The notes beneath the pieces are model-generated. The model ran no database searches and was not told the origin of the DNA. It worked only from the letters and a program-made list of their open reading frames with translations. A DNA stretch of 64,000 nt from positions 342,054,001 through 342,118,000 of the forward strand of contig OZ024743.1 of the NCBI GenBank assembly GCA_964016885.1. Reading direction: 5' to 3'. How positions within the stretch are numbered: position 1 is the first letter of the stretch; the number at the start of each line of letters is the position of its first letter. This document shows, one piece after another, positions 39,731 to 53,635 of the stretch. The DNA comes from Eledone cirrhosa (taxonomy: Eukaryota). The translations under genes and the position numbers were made by a program.

Positions 39731-41749
39731 GAGAAGGTGACAATATGTCTGATTTCTGCATAACTGATACAGCAGGGAGTTGTAATAACTGGACATTTTC
39801 AGATCGGTATAGCCTGATATTTGCAGTTTGTTTTTACTACTCTATTACAGTAGGCTCAAATATATGACCCCTAATGTTCTTGACGAAATGGGATATAATT
39901 ACGATATATACTCTGTCTCGTGACCCAAATACATGTAGATGGTGATAATATCAGCTTCTGAATATGATTATAATGCGTTCAATGCAATTATTTCGATATT
40001 GTGTATTTCTTTCGTTCGGTTCTCTGAGCATAAAAAGGGTTTCTACCTCATGTGTTTGATTACGTTGACTTCTTTTGTATCTGTCCACCTTTAAATGTCT
40101 GTTCTCGGTTTGTAGATAGAATTCAACAGAATTGAAGTGGCTATACGTTTATGTTTCAAAGCGAGAGGGAAAACATCCACAAAACATAACGAGATGTAGA
40201 AATTATATTTATTCTGGAACTATTTATTATTCAGTGCAGTGCTACTCAAATTTTCCTGCACTCATAGAAGACTTAGACTGATTCGGAAATATTTGGTGAA
40301 CCTCTGGAGTAGTGATTCTAGAGTGCCCCAGCTTGGCTAGTTTTCATTGGTCAAATATGTGACAAATATTTTCAAGAGAAATCCTTTCCTAGATGTATAA
40401 ATCTCGCTATAAATGATTTAAACAATGATCAGGTCACAGCTATTTCAGTAGCCGCATGCGAATGTCGGATAAAATGTTCTCTCATCACCAATTACGTTTT
40501 CGGTAGTGAGAGAAGAATAAGCTATAGTTTAGAAACGTGTTGAGTATAAAACACTTGCTAGAGATATTCCTTTCTATATAGAGAGTTGATAATTTCATTG
40601 CAGTGTCAGAATGTCGAGACACGCGTGCAAAATCTCTGCTTAAACTTATTTTTTTACCAAATATCTTTTTTTCTGCTAACCGCTTGGAACGTAATCTTAG
40701 TTGTTCCTATGGGGCATGCATACATTTTGCTGCAGGAATATTTGAATACTTCGTTAGACTTATGCCTTGCGTTTCTCATTGAAATCGTAGAAGGGGTACA
40801 TGAATAACATATTTTAATGTAGCACCTTGTCCGTCTATCAATTCTAGGATTGGTTTACCAGTGATAGTTTTCAATTAAAGAGAAAGGGGTTATGAATCAG
40901 TTATAGATTGTTGCCATATAAAATATCTCACTCAGAGGAAGATATCCGATATAACCCTAATTGTTACGACTAGAAAGTGTTTAAGCGTAAGTATACTCGT
41001 TCTTATTAACATATTAGAAATTTGTTGTGCTTCGGATTTCTAATGCTAATTAATTTCTAAAGCTAATTAATTACTTTATATCATATAATGTAATATCGGA
41101 TTTCATTAACGGAAATATTATTTATTAAATACCTGAAATATATGACAGTCCCGATAGATTTATCTTAGGTTATAACTCTGTAAATTATTTTCGTAATTAT
41201 TTATTTACTTGGACTTCCTAATTAACAAATACACTGTAAATCGCAATTAGTTCGTTCCGCATTAATTCAGATTTGGAAATGTTGCATTAAGATCAACATA
41301 GACACAAATTACAAGACTTTTACAACTTTTCCAGTCGTACATTAGTATAACAATTCGGCCAATCATAACTTCCTCATCTATTGACTGTGTGAAAGATCCA
41401 TTCAAATTTAGACTACTTTTAATGCTCGTAATATTATGTAGATGCCTTTTTTGCAGTCCACTACAGTTGTTGTATTGCAGTGTATTTTCTATTATACTTT
41501 ATATAAGACACAACATTATTTGTTTCCTTTTTTATTCAATATCTTTGGAAATTGATTAACTAATGCCTCATTTTGTTGCACGACCCCACCTGCCTTTTGG
41601 ATACTTATAGTGGGACCAGTTTAGCAGTTTCCCCCACTAAACTTATTGGTTATGCCGCTGAACTTCCGCTTTTGATTAGGCCATGAAAACAAATTAGTTT
41701 ATTATGATCCATTGTGAAATTGTAACTTCTTCCCGTAGGCTGATTAATA

Positions 41750-42015
41750 TGAGGGGGGGGAGAAGTAAATTCCCGGGGGCCTTCAAAGCGTCGGGTGGTT
41801 CAGGATTGGTGAGGTACCTTAGTCGCCCCTATGTGGTGGCCCCTCCCCTACTGGGGAATTTTATATGTTTAATTTTTTTATATGTTTAAATTTTTTTGTT
41901 AATTGTTTTTATTAATTTGTTTTTACTCAATGTTTGTGGAAACCCCCACTGTCTATCTTATTGACCCCTATATGTGGGCCCTTGTGGCCAATACAGAAAT
42001 TATTATTATTATTAT
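41750..42015 (+). mobile_element. Tx1-like LINE 3' UTR fragment
   Basis: Ends GGGCCCTTGTGGCCAATACAGAAA(TTA)n, like the Tx1 3' end at 57030-57090. Confidence 0.65.
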
Positions 42016-42361
42016 TGGTTCATGTCTCGATGCAACGTAATACAGAGAGTTATGTATGTTAGTTGTTTGAAACGTGATTCTAAAACGTTTACATTTTGCT
42101 GGAAATGTTGCAATGATTTGTGGCTAAAACCGGCTGCTTTCCTAGAAATCTGATTGGTTGTCCTCTATTTTCAGCCCTTATTGGCTAAATCTGCGTTTAA
42201 TTTAACTAAATACCGCCACTACGCCCCTATTTTATTTTAAATAACTATAACGTGAAAGACTTAATGGAACAGCCAAAGTTAAACCACTTCAGAAGAAAAG
42301 AACAAGAACAACTCCTAATACTACTAATTCAAATCACGTTAATCATCAGAAGAACAGAAAA

Positions 42362-44193
42362 ATGAGTTCTCAGTACTACAAGGATTTGGTTGAGGAACAA
42401 CTGAAAGACACAACATTCTATCATGAAATACCGTCAAATATAGACCACAACATCATGAAGAAGATCAACAACCTGGCTTCAAAATACCACAACTCATTTA
42501 CTGATAAGGAAAGAGACTACATCACCAATTTTGAGCCGAAACCCAGCAACCTGTATGGCCTACCGAAAGTTCACAAGTCAAAAGAAATACAACTGGCAGT
42601 AAGAGAACAAAACAGTGAGTACATTAAATTATTACACCCAAAAGACTTAAAACTTAGACCTATTATAGCTGGTCCAACATGCCCCACTCACCGTCTAAGC
42701 AATTTTGTTGACATTATTTTGAAACCACTATGTATTCACATACCCAGTTTCATCCGGGATGATATCGACTTCCTGTCCCATTTTCCCAAAACCACGGAAA
42801 CGAATTCACTTCTACTCAGTTTTGATGTGGTAAGCCTTTACACCAACATTACACATGATTTAGGAATAAAGGCAGTTAAATACTGGGTGGAAAAACATAG
42901 AGAAGTGATTCCCATTAGATTCACAGCGCCATTTATATTAGACGCAGTTAAACTTATTCTGGAAAACAACACTTTCTTCTTCAATGGAAAGAATTACATC
43001 CAAATTAGAGGCACAGCGATGGGAACGAAGTTTGCTCCCGTTTACGCGAACTCTGTAATGGGATACTTAGAACAACAACTCTACCAAGAAATAGAGGAAA
43101 ATATAGTACTGACTTTAGAAAGTACATTGAAAAATCTTGGAAGAGATACCTTGACGACTGTTTCATCATCTGGACAGAATCTCTAGATACTCTGGATGAG
43201 TTCAATATCCTCCTGAATAACCTACACCCATCTCTCCAATTCACAAAAGAGATGAGTAGGACCAAATTACCATTCCTAGATATAATGATAATCAAAAACG
43301 ACACCACCATTACCACGGATATATATTATAAACACACAGACACCCATCAATATCTGAATTTTAAGTCGTGCCATCCACCTCATACAAAACGCAACATCCC
43401 ATACTGCCTAGCCAGAAGAATTTGTACCATTGTAGAAGATACGAATACCAGGTACAAACGCCTAACAGAACTAAGATAATTTTTGCTCAAACAAAAATAC
43501 CCATCTCTACTTATAGAAAATGGCATACAGCGGGCTATAAAAATACCTATACAACAACTTAGAACAACCCAAGGAAGAAGAAACCAAGAACTGGTCATAC
43601 CATTTATAATGACACACAACCCATGTCACCAGAATATATTCAACACTGCCAAAGCAAACCTACCGATCACTGCTCAAAGTAATGAATTAAAAGGCTTAAT
43701 CACAGATCGATCTTTGACTCTTAGTAAAAGACAGCCAAAAAATTTGAAGCAACTGCTAACAAAAGCAAAGTTTGACCTTAACAACAAAGACCAATCATTC
43801 ACTGTATCTAAATGCAATGATAATCGATGCGGCACATGTCAATCCATACACGCCGGTCAATATATGAAAACAAAAACTGGAAAAATATTCCCAAATGCAA
43901 ATATGAACTGCAAAAGCAGAAATCTAATTTACTGCATTAAATGCCCGAATTGTGAAGAACTATATGTCGGTCAAACTGGAAATGCACTATCGGAACGTGC
44001 ACGGGTACACCGTCAACAAATCAGAGACCCAAATGTCCGTCAGATACCCCTAAGAGGCCACCTGGCAACATGTGGTCAGGGAATATTTATAATATTCCCA
44101 TTCTACACATTACACAGCCCAAGTGAAATCAAGAGAACAATCAAAGAAAAGAATTTTATTGATAAATTCAAACCCAAGCTAAATGAACAATAA
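42362..44193 (+). pseudogene. Penelope RT + GIY-YIG endonuclease ORF (frameshift ~43100, stop 43477-43479)
   Basis: ORFs 42362-43186, 43252-43479 and 43483-44193. Confidence 0.9.
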
Positions 44194-44567
44194 TAACGCC
44201 TAGGGGTATTACTTCTACTACCACTATGACCACGACCACTAACAACAACAACAACAACAATAATAATAATAATAAAAGTGATGTTGATGGTGATGATTAA
44301 TAGAAAATGCTATTTTCATCATTTCAAAAAGCAAAACAATTGATACGTTGGGTATGACTATTGGACGTTAGCATGCTCAACCAGCCGTGACGCTTAAACC
44401 AATCAGCTGTAGTAATTCAGTGAAACTACACACTGATTGGTCGAAATACAGTTTACAGGGCTTTGCATTCTGGAGCCACTTTTCTCTGTATAAAATGTAT
44501 AAAAGGTAGTAAATTTACCCATCTCATTACAGTTGAAAATTGCAAACTCGACTGTCACCACATATCA

Positions 44568-44606
44568 TGAACCTGAAGATTGCGAAAGCATGAAAGTACT
44601 TGTTCA
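44568..44606 (+). ncRNA. Minimal hammerhead in the Penelope 3' pseudo-LTR
   Basis: TGAAC-CTGAAGA-tTGC(gaaa)GCAt-GAAA-GTAC-TT^-GTTCA. Confidence 0.78.
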
Positions 44607-44779
44607 ATTAACACTTATAATTTAATATTCTATCATACTATTTCATTATAATACCATATTATATATATTTTAAAGGATTGTAAATAAAACGAGTAAATCA
44701 GACAAAGTTGGAATTCCTCTTATTAATATAATCTTCTATACACAATCATACACACCCGTGTGTATTTACCTATCTATAT

Positions 44780-45274
<495 letters not shown>

Positions 45275-45767
45275 CACACTCACACACCAGACACATATTT
45301 CGGTTGAGATCATTTGACACACGTGATGTCTAGAGGAGACTGAGGCTATCATGAATAGTGCCTTTTATACATAATTTTCTATGAATTTGTTGTTGCTTGC
45401 TATATATGCAAAGACAATCATAGATATGGTATTATTGCACTTATTGAGACAACCTGATTGTGGTGGATGTATTTCGTCTATGAGGCATTGATATAATGAC
45501 CAATATATGCTGCTGTTTCTTTTTTTTTTTAAAGTTTATGTAAAGGAGTGTCATCTTCTGATTTCGTGGCTTAGATGGGAGCGTTACCATTAGCGAATTC
45601 CTCATTCGTTACTATCATAGCTGGATAACGAAACATTTTGAACCTCTTAGAGTAAAGCCAAATTCTTGATATAAGGCACCAGTAAATTACTAGGGCCAGG
45701 ATAAGCGATTCTAACCCTGCCCCGTATGTGAGACTCATGTCAACTATCAATATGCATACAATACAAA

Positions 45768-45958
45768 GGGTGGTGGATTGGCAGTATCGGTAGAGGGTCT
45801 GACGCGATGCTTTGCAGCAAAGAGTTACGGCCCTTTATGGACTGAGTTCAAATCCCGCCGAGGTTAAATTTGCCTTTCATCCTTACGGAGTTGATAAAAA
45901 AAGTACCAGTAATATTCTAGGATGATTGCTGGCCTTGTGCCAAAGGTAGAAACAATAT
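45768..45958 (+). mobile_element. SINE A, full length
   Basis: A/B box, central domain, tail. Confidence 0.9.
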
Positions 45959-46555
45959 TTATACAACATTAACGTTTCGATCGATTTGTTACTCACATCG
46001 TCATCGCGTGTAATATACGTGTACGTATATATTGTTTTACGATGGATTCGAACCTGAAAATAATATTTCTATACTAGGGTTTTATTACATTCTAGATTAC
46101 CTACGTATGTAATCGTTTCGTTTACCAAGATTCAATTAATAGTATTTGGGAGGCAAAAAGCTGTTGTAATAGATACAAAACCTACATGCCACCTTGAAAA
46201 ACTTACGTTGATAAAAGAATTTTAGAAAACATGTATTCATATTAATGCATTATGAAATAGTTTCATATTTTAAAGCCCATATTACACGTTTGGGGCCACT
46301 CTGCTTCTTAAAAATATTAAATTCCAAATTCTTTTATTAAGGATTTGATCTTTGTCGTGAATTTACACTTTATAATATACCGAAACCTCACATACAACAA
46401 AACTATATAGCTGAAAATAAAGAATATTTATAGAAATGTAATTGTTTAGCCTCAAGAATAGCATTGTTAGTGAAAACAGATTAGAAAATAATAGATTCTA
46501 CAATCGATTTTGAAATAACTAAGATTTATCTTTCTCCACAAAAACACACACACAA

Positions 46556-46660
<105 letters not shown>

Positions 46661-46802
46661 CATATATACATATATATAAATATATCAAGATAAGCAGAAC
46701 AAGTAAAATTCAACCAATTTTTCAAAATAAATCAAAATTAATATACAATTAAAATTAATCAAAATTAAAAAATATAATATAAATATTAACCTATTCAAAT
46801 GG

Positions 46803-46880
46803 CCCTAACTGTACAGTTTCACGATGCAAAACATTAGATATCACGTGGATATTAATGGAAAAGCAACGATCATCAGAGAA
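46803..46880 (-). ncRNA. Type I hammerhead with extended stem II
   Basis: TTCT-CTGATGA-tCG.TGC...GCA.CGt-GAAA-CTGTACAG-TT^-AGGG. Confidence 0.75.
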
Positions 46881-47549
46881 GCATCTTGCTGTACTAGGGT
46901 TAAAAACCCCAGGAACGACAAAATATATGACCTCACTCCAACTAATACAGGTCTGAAAGGTCGTGAAAATGACCCGTAAATACATTGGTGTATAGTGAAG
47001 GCGGGAAATCATAGACTAGCCGTCTATGATCGCTACCAAAAAAGATTTTTAACAACTAAATAGAACGACAGGTTTTTTCTCTACATACTGGAGAATGTTG
47101 AATATATCTGAGGGTACAATGTACCCCCGGAAATATATAGTGTGTCTATGATTTAAGGTGGTTCTATGGTAATAATTTGATATACCAGAACTTAATATCA
47201 AGATAAGCAGAACAAGTAAAATTCAACCAATTTTTCAAAATAAATCAAAATTAATATACAATTAAAATTAATCAAAATTAAAAAATATAATATAAATATT
47301 TACCTATTCAAATGGCCCTAACTGTACAGTTTCACTCTCCAGTATGTAGAGAAAAATCCTGTCGTTCTATTTAGTTGCTAAAAATCTTTTTTGGTAGCGA
47401 TCATAGACGGCTAGTCTATGATTTCCCGCCTTCACTATACACCAATGTATTTACGGGTCATTTTCACGACCTTTCAGACCTGTATTAGTTGGAGTGAGGT
47501 CATATATTTTGTCGTTCCTGGGGTTTTTAACCCTAGGACAGGAAAATGC

Positions 47550-47626
47550 TTCTCTGATGATCGTTGCTTTTCCATTAATATCCACGTGATATCTAATGTT
47601 TTGCATCGTGAAACTGTACAGTTAGG
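47550..47626 (+). ncRNA. Type I hammerhead (inverted copy)
   Basis: Same motif on the + strand. Confidence 0.72.
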
Positions 47627-47659
47627 TAAATATTTATATTATATATAAATATATTATAT

Positions 47660-47729
<70 letters not shown>

Positions 47730-48520
47730 ACACATGTAGTGTGAGATTCAGTGAAACATTAGTGGTGGTACCAAAACAAATACTCAATGCACAGGCAGTG
47801 TATATAGTACGGAAAAGGATGAAATTCCGTTTCCATGAATTTAGTTTTCAATTCTGTATCGACCTGTTAAGCGCGTTTTGCCAAGGATCGGCTCACGGTC
47901 ACACATAGAAGTTATAGATCCGATCTCATTAGCAAGCTGCTCCCCCAGACTAGTGATTCAAAGAAAAATATACAGTGGTTGTTGAATAGCTGGTCTCAGA
48001 AGCAGATCAACAGTGGAGTCGGATCCATAACATCCATGCGAAACGCACGTAACAGGTCAATACACACTAAAAAACTAAATACATGTAAATGAAACTTCCT
48101 CCTTTTTTTTTTTCAATATATATATAATAAAAAGGTAGATTTGTTATGTCTTCATTACGTTTAGAGTAGTGACGCGTGTTTTGCTATTGCGACTCACAAC
48201 TCAACAAACGTCATGAAGGAAAAACAAGTGGCTGCGGATATGCAATTATACCTTTGACTCCATATACAGCTCAGAGTATCACATACCATTACGGCTCCTG
48301 TGTATTTGCTGTTTTAGGCGTTTTGTAGGAAATTCAAACTTTTACTTTGTCCAAATTCCTCAGCTCTTTTAAAATCGAATATTTACTTAATTTCTTCTCT
48401 GATACAATGAGATCGGTTCCTATATTATTGAGTATTGAGCGAGCTTTTCCAGATAATCACCACATGTTATACATGTTTTATATATATATATATATATTTA
48501 ATGTATAAAAACACAGTATA

Positions 48521-48596
48521 ATTACCTCATTACCCGAGGTTTCCCGAACAGGACGAACACAAGAGACGTCCGCATTCGTTCGTCAGATAAGGTAAT
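48521..48596 (-). ncRNA. Type I hammerhead, 10-bp stem I
   Basis: ATTACCTTAT-CTGACGA-aCGAAT..GTTCGg-GAAA-CC(tcg)GG-TA^-ATGAGGTAAT. Confidence 0.82.
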
Positions 48597-48815
48597 ATAT
48601 ATATATATATATATAAATGGAATAGAATGAAACGAAATTTCATTTCTCACTCTTAGTACGGCACTTACTTAAATGTAAATATGTATGTATGTATACGTAC
48701 ATACATATATGTATACAGACGTACAGTAGTATGTATATATATACATTCATGCACACATAACATGCATAGGGAGAATATATACTTTCAGACGTTCAACCAT
48801 CTGGCAGGAAGGTAT

Positions 48816-48858
48816 ACGATGCTGACGATAGCTAATAAGATTGAAACTAGTACATCGT
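48816..48858 (+). ncRNA. Minimal hammerhead, copy 1
   Basis: ACGATG-CTGACGA-tagctaataagatt-GAAA-CTAG-TA^-CATCGT. Confidence 0.75.
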
Positions 48859-49265
48859 TCCTGTGTCAGTGTTGAACAAAAAGGTGACGTGGTTGCCTAA
48901 ACAATGTACGGTGTAATTCAGGCTGTTTGTTTGTTTACAAAAAAACAAACCGAGCATTATAATAAATGTTCGGTAAACCGATACGTGCATATATACATGT
49001 GTGCATGTATGTATATATATACATACTACAGTACGTCTGTATACATATATGTATGTCTGTATACATACATACATACATACTTACATTTAAGTAAGTGCCG
49101 TACTAAGAGTGAGAAATGAAATTTCGTTTGATTCTATTCCATTTATCGTTTTCATTGCGCCCAGCTGACTGAACTCACTTCATATGCAAATTAAGTTGCT
49201 CAGCCGTTAATACGCATAGGGAAAGTATATACTTTCAGACGTTCAACCTTCTTGCAGGAAGGTAT

Positions 49266-49308
49266 ACGATGCTGACGATAGCTAATAAACTTGAAACTAG
49301 TACATCGT
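49266..49308 (+). ncRNA. Minimal hammerhead, copy 2
   Basis: Same motif exactly 450 nt downstream. Confidence 0.75.
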
Positions 49309-49418
49309 TCCTGTGTCAGTGTTGAACAAAAAGATGACGCGGTTGCCTAAATTCGGGCTGTTTTTTGTTTACAAACAAACAAACCGAGCATTATAATAAA
49401 TGTTCGGTAAACCGATAC

Positions 49419-49459
<41 letters not shown>

Positions 49460-49543
49460 CATGTATGTATATATATATACATACTACTGTACGTCTGTAT
49501 ACATATATGTATGTACGTATACATACATACATACATACATACC

Positions 49544-49575
<32 letters not shown>

Positions 49576-49600
49576 AATGTATAAAAATCAATACAATATA

Positions 49601-49678
49601 ATTACCTCATTACCAGAGGTTTCCCGGATGAGGCGAATACGAAATAAACGACTTCATTCGTTCGTCAGACGAGGCAAT
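49601..49678 (-). ncRNA. Type I hammerhead (family of 48521)
   Basis: ATTGCCTCGT-CTGACGA-..-GAAA-CC(tct)GG-TA^-ATGAGGTAAT. Confidence 0.8.
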
Positions 49679-50464
49679 ATAAAACATGGGCAAATACTTA
49701 AAAAAACACATCAAGAAAATCAAAAAAAGATATAGATAAATGAAATAGAAATTGAAATATATAAAAATCTATCAAGAAATATATTTAAGTGTGTGTATAT
49801 GTATGTATATACGCTCACAGATGTGCATATATGTATATGCGCACATGTATATGTATAGTGAGAAAGTGTGCGTAATTCTAAAATTTAGGGCAAATGTATC
49901 TATATGTCTGTATTATACAGACAGAAATTGTTACATCGTAAATATATGAATATGAAGGCGCGCGCATAACACGCCTGGACACTCGTACACTTAGATGCGG
50001 AAAGAAAGGAGGTAAGGGAGTGTAATAATTAAAAGAAAAGTATCAGTCTCGATATATTTATAAAAATATAATAACGATAAATTAGAAAGAAAAGATATTA
50101 GAAAGAAAAAATTAAAGAAAACAAAAAAAGAGGGGGTACATACATACACAGACACGCGTGTCTCACAAAAGAAATGTAAAAATAATTATGCTTATATACA
50201 CACGCACACTTACACTTCCATACGTTCGATACGTACATACACACACACACACACACATACTATACTCACGCATATAAACCTGTTTGCATGCCCACGTGTG
50301 AAACTGAGTAAGTAAAAAAAGGGGAAGGGGGGGGGGAGAAGAAAAAAGGAACAAAACATAAAACCGAGATGTCAAAATCACAATCACGGATATAAAGACA
50401 CGTACACATACGCATAATATATACATATACACACACACAAACACCTGTACACACACACATATAT

Positions 50465-50543
<79 letters not shown>

Positions 50544-51307
50544 CATACACGTACGCGCGCGCACACACGTAGTCACTCATGTACATATATAAAAAGTATA
50601 CACACATTAAGGCGTTCAGCCATATTGAATTGTGGATAAATAAGTACAAATATAAAATTGTAAGATAGGCTGCGCAAAAATAAAATAAAAATAAAAATGA
50701 AAAATATATCTGGCTGAAAAACACGAAAGACATGTGTAATCAGTTAGTGGAGGAAAAAGGGAAGTAAAAGAAGGGGAAGTAAAAAATAGAAAATAGGAAG
50801 TGGATCGGAGAATAAAAGGGGGGGGGGACGCGTGTCTGTGTATGTATGTACCCCCTCTTTTTTTGTTTTCTTTAATTTTTTCTTTCTAATATCTTTTCTT
50901 TCTAATTTATCGTTATTATATTTTTATAAATATATCGAGACTGATACTTTTCTTTTAATTATTACACTCCCTTACCTCTTTTCTTTCCGCATCTAAGTGT
51001 ACGAGTGTACAGGCGTGTTATGCGCGCGCCTTCATATTCATATATTTACGATGTAACCATTTCTGTCTGTATAATACAGACATATAGATACATTTGCCCT
51101 AAATTTAGAATTACGCACACTTTCTCACTATACATATACATGTGCGCATATACATATATGCACATCTGTGAGCGTATATACATATATATACACACACCTA
51201 ACTATATTTCTTGATAGGTTTTTATATATTTCAATTTCTATATAATTTATCTATATCTTTTTTTGATTTTCTTGATGTGTTTTTCTAAGTATTTGCCCAT
51301 GTTTTAT

Positions 51308-51385
51308 ATTGCCTCGACTGACGAACGAATGAAGTCGTTTATTTCGTATTCGCCTCATTCGGGAAACCTCTGGTAATGAGGTAAT
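51308..51385 (+). ncRNA. Type I hammerhead (inverted copy)
   Basis: ATTGCCTCGA-CTGACGA-aCGAATGA..TCATTCGg-GAAA-CCTCTGG-TA^-ATGAGGTAAT. Confidence 0.78.
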
Positions 51386-51485
51386 TATATTGTATTGATT
51401 TTTATACATTAAATTTTGCTCTGATACTTACATAGAGCACTCTTCATTTCTATGACCTTTTCTGTTTGCAACGGAATTTTCAATA

Positions 51486-51623
<138 letters not shown>

Positions 51624-51647
51624 CATATATATATATACATATACATA

Positions 51648-52260
51648 TGGTGGTGGCTGCCAACTCGTTTTCGAGTACGGCCACTACTTTGTATCCATGT
51701 AGGAGAACCCCTACCGATGCGCTGAATGAGTGTGACTTTTCAGTCCAGCCACCAACTTAAAAACTCTGGTACAAACACTACACTTGTGACAATTACTGAC
51801 ACATAGTACTGGGCCCATGGTACCATGTGACGACAAGTGCAGAGAGATCTCCGGATATAAAGCAATGCCTGTGCCGTGAAGCTTTTATAGTGAGCAACGG
51901 CACTGCACAAAGCCAGTCTCACTCTCTTAACCAAGATGATATTTACCAAAAAGAAGAACAAGTCAACATCATTGGATACCATCAGGGTTGCAGGTGTTAT
52001 ATCAGAGTTTTCCTTCTCCTAGAATTCTGCCTTGACAAAGGCTAAGGGGTCATCTCTCCCGGTGATTTTGGATGGCCATTGACTCTTATGAGCTCCTTTG
52101 CCCTTTGACAGGTTTTGTTTTTAGTCCTGCAGGATGTCCAAAGTCACCCTCCTCACCAAGAAACCTTGGTGGGGTTGCCAGTTTAGTCGCCAACGACTCG
52201 ACCATGAGACAGGTTGTACTGGGATACATGTTACCAGTAGCACCAACTGGTGACCTGACA
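51648..52260 (-). mobile_element. Non-autonomous RTE-derived element, copy 2
   Basis: Co-terminal with 17455-18062; encodes vestige [20 protein letters not shown]. Confidence 0.72.
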
Positions 52261-52301
52261 TACATATACATATATATATATACATATATACATATATATA
52301 T

Positions 52302-52353
<52 letters not shown>

Positions 52354-52361
52354 TCACATAT

Positions 52362-53370
52362 CTAAGGCGGGTAAAATTCCCGAGATCCATGGACGAGTTC
52401 TCTCCAGCGGTCTCTGTCCCTCATTATCGCTGCCATGTCCTGCGTCTCCAACACACCAGTGTCTGTCCTTAGGGCATCAACATATGTTAACCTTGGTCTT
52501 CCTCTTCTAGTGTATCCATGTAGGGGATCCCAAAGGAGTACTGAGTGCAATGTCAACTCTGGATGTCGGTGAGCATGTCTAGCTAACCTCAGTCTCCTCT
52601 GTGTCACTTTTGAGCTGACTTTTGGGATGCTCCCATACAGCTCTGCGTCTTTCATCCTCAGTGTATACTGATTAATGTTCAGAGCCATCCTCAGCATCTT
52701 CGTGTAGCACCCATCCACCATCTGAGTGAGTTTTTTGGTCAGATGAAGATCTAACAGGCTTATGGAATCCCAAAAAGGATAGTGGACCTGATATCACTGC
52801 TCTACACCAACACCAAAGCCCAAGTCATTACACCTGATGGGATGACAGAGTTCTTTGAGATAGTGGCTGGAGTGCACCAGGGAGATACATTGGCTCCCTA
52901 CCTTTTTGTCATCGTAGTGGACTATTCTATGACCTTGCACTGGAGAAACACCAGGACTCTGGCTTTACTGTAGCACCGGCTCAGAGCAGGAGAGTTAGGG
53001 CGAAAAAGGTATCGGATGCTGAATTTGCCGACGACATAGTTTTGGTGACAAATACAGTGAAGGAGGCAGAGGATTTGATGCGGGAGGTTGAGACTGTGCC
53101 GATGAGTGTGGGGCTGATAATGAATGAAACTAAAACAAAATATCTGGTAGAGAATGTTGAGAAGCCAGAGGGGATCACTAATGTAGGCGGGAAGCCGCTG
53201 GAATTGGTTGAGGACTTCCTGTATTTGGGAGCAAAGATTGGGAATACGGAAGATGATGTGGTTGAGAGGAAGAGCAAGGTCTGGGCGGCGTGCCACAGTT
53301 TGAGATCGGTGTGGAAGTCAGACCTTCGTAGAGACCTGAAAATCCGCCTCTTCATTGCTGTAGTGGAGTC

Positions 53371-53400
<30 letters not shown>
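52362..53400. mobile_element. RTE LINE with 5' inversion (3' part on - 52362-52741; RT part on + 52750-53400)
   Basis: [32 protein letters not shown] on +; LTKKLTQMVDGCYTKMLRMAL..RGRPRLTY on -. Confidence 0.88.
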
Positions 53401-53620
<220 letters not shown>

Positions 53621-53635
53621 TATATATATATAGTG

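Larger units (their letters stand above)
42300..44755 (+). mobile_element. Penelope-like element (Neptune-like), 5'-truncated, with 3' pseudo-LTR
   Basis: LYGLPKVHK, LRPII, SFDVVSLYTNI, QIRGTAMGT, RYLDDC, LPFLDI, CNDNRCGTC linker, NLIYCIKC..LYVGQT GIY-YIG; followed by a long (TA)n. Confidence 0.93.
46680..47645 (-). mobile_element. Non-coding hammerhead element: ~513-nt unit, 140-nt direct repeat, ~300-nt inversion
   Basis: 46682-46821 repeated at 47195-47334; 46804-47095 inverted at 47335-47626; microsatellite flanks. Confidence 0.82.
48616..49545 (+). mobile_element. Retrozyme-like element: 5' inversion plus tandem 450-nt unit with two hammerheads
   Basis: 48764-49080 repeated at 49214-49540; 48616-48757 is the inverse of 48995-49145. 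Confidence 0.82.
49571..51415. mobile_element. Pseudo-LTR-like element with ~590-bp inverted arms (49571-50162 / 50827-51415)
   Basis: Arms are near-identical reverse complements, each with a hammerhead near the outer end; (TA)n flanks. Confidence 0.85.

Noticed and set aside
34150-41700. Possible host exons in the less repetitive stretches (also 20300-21950)
   Set aside because: No ORF with recognisable domains or convincing splice-site pairs; small exons cannot be excluded without RNA-seq
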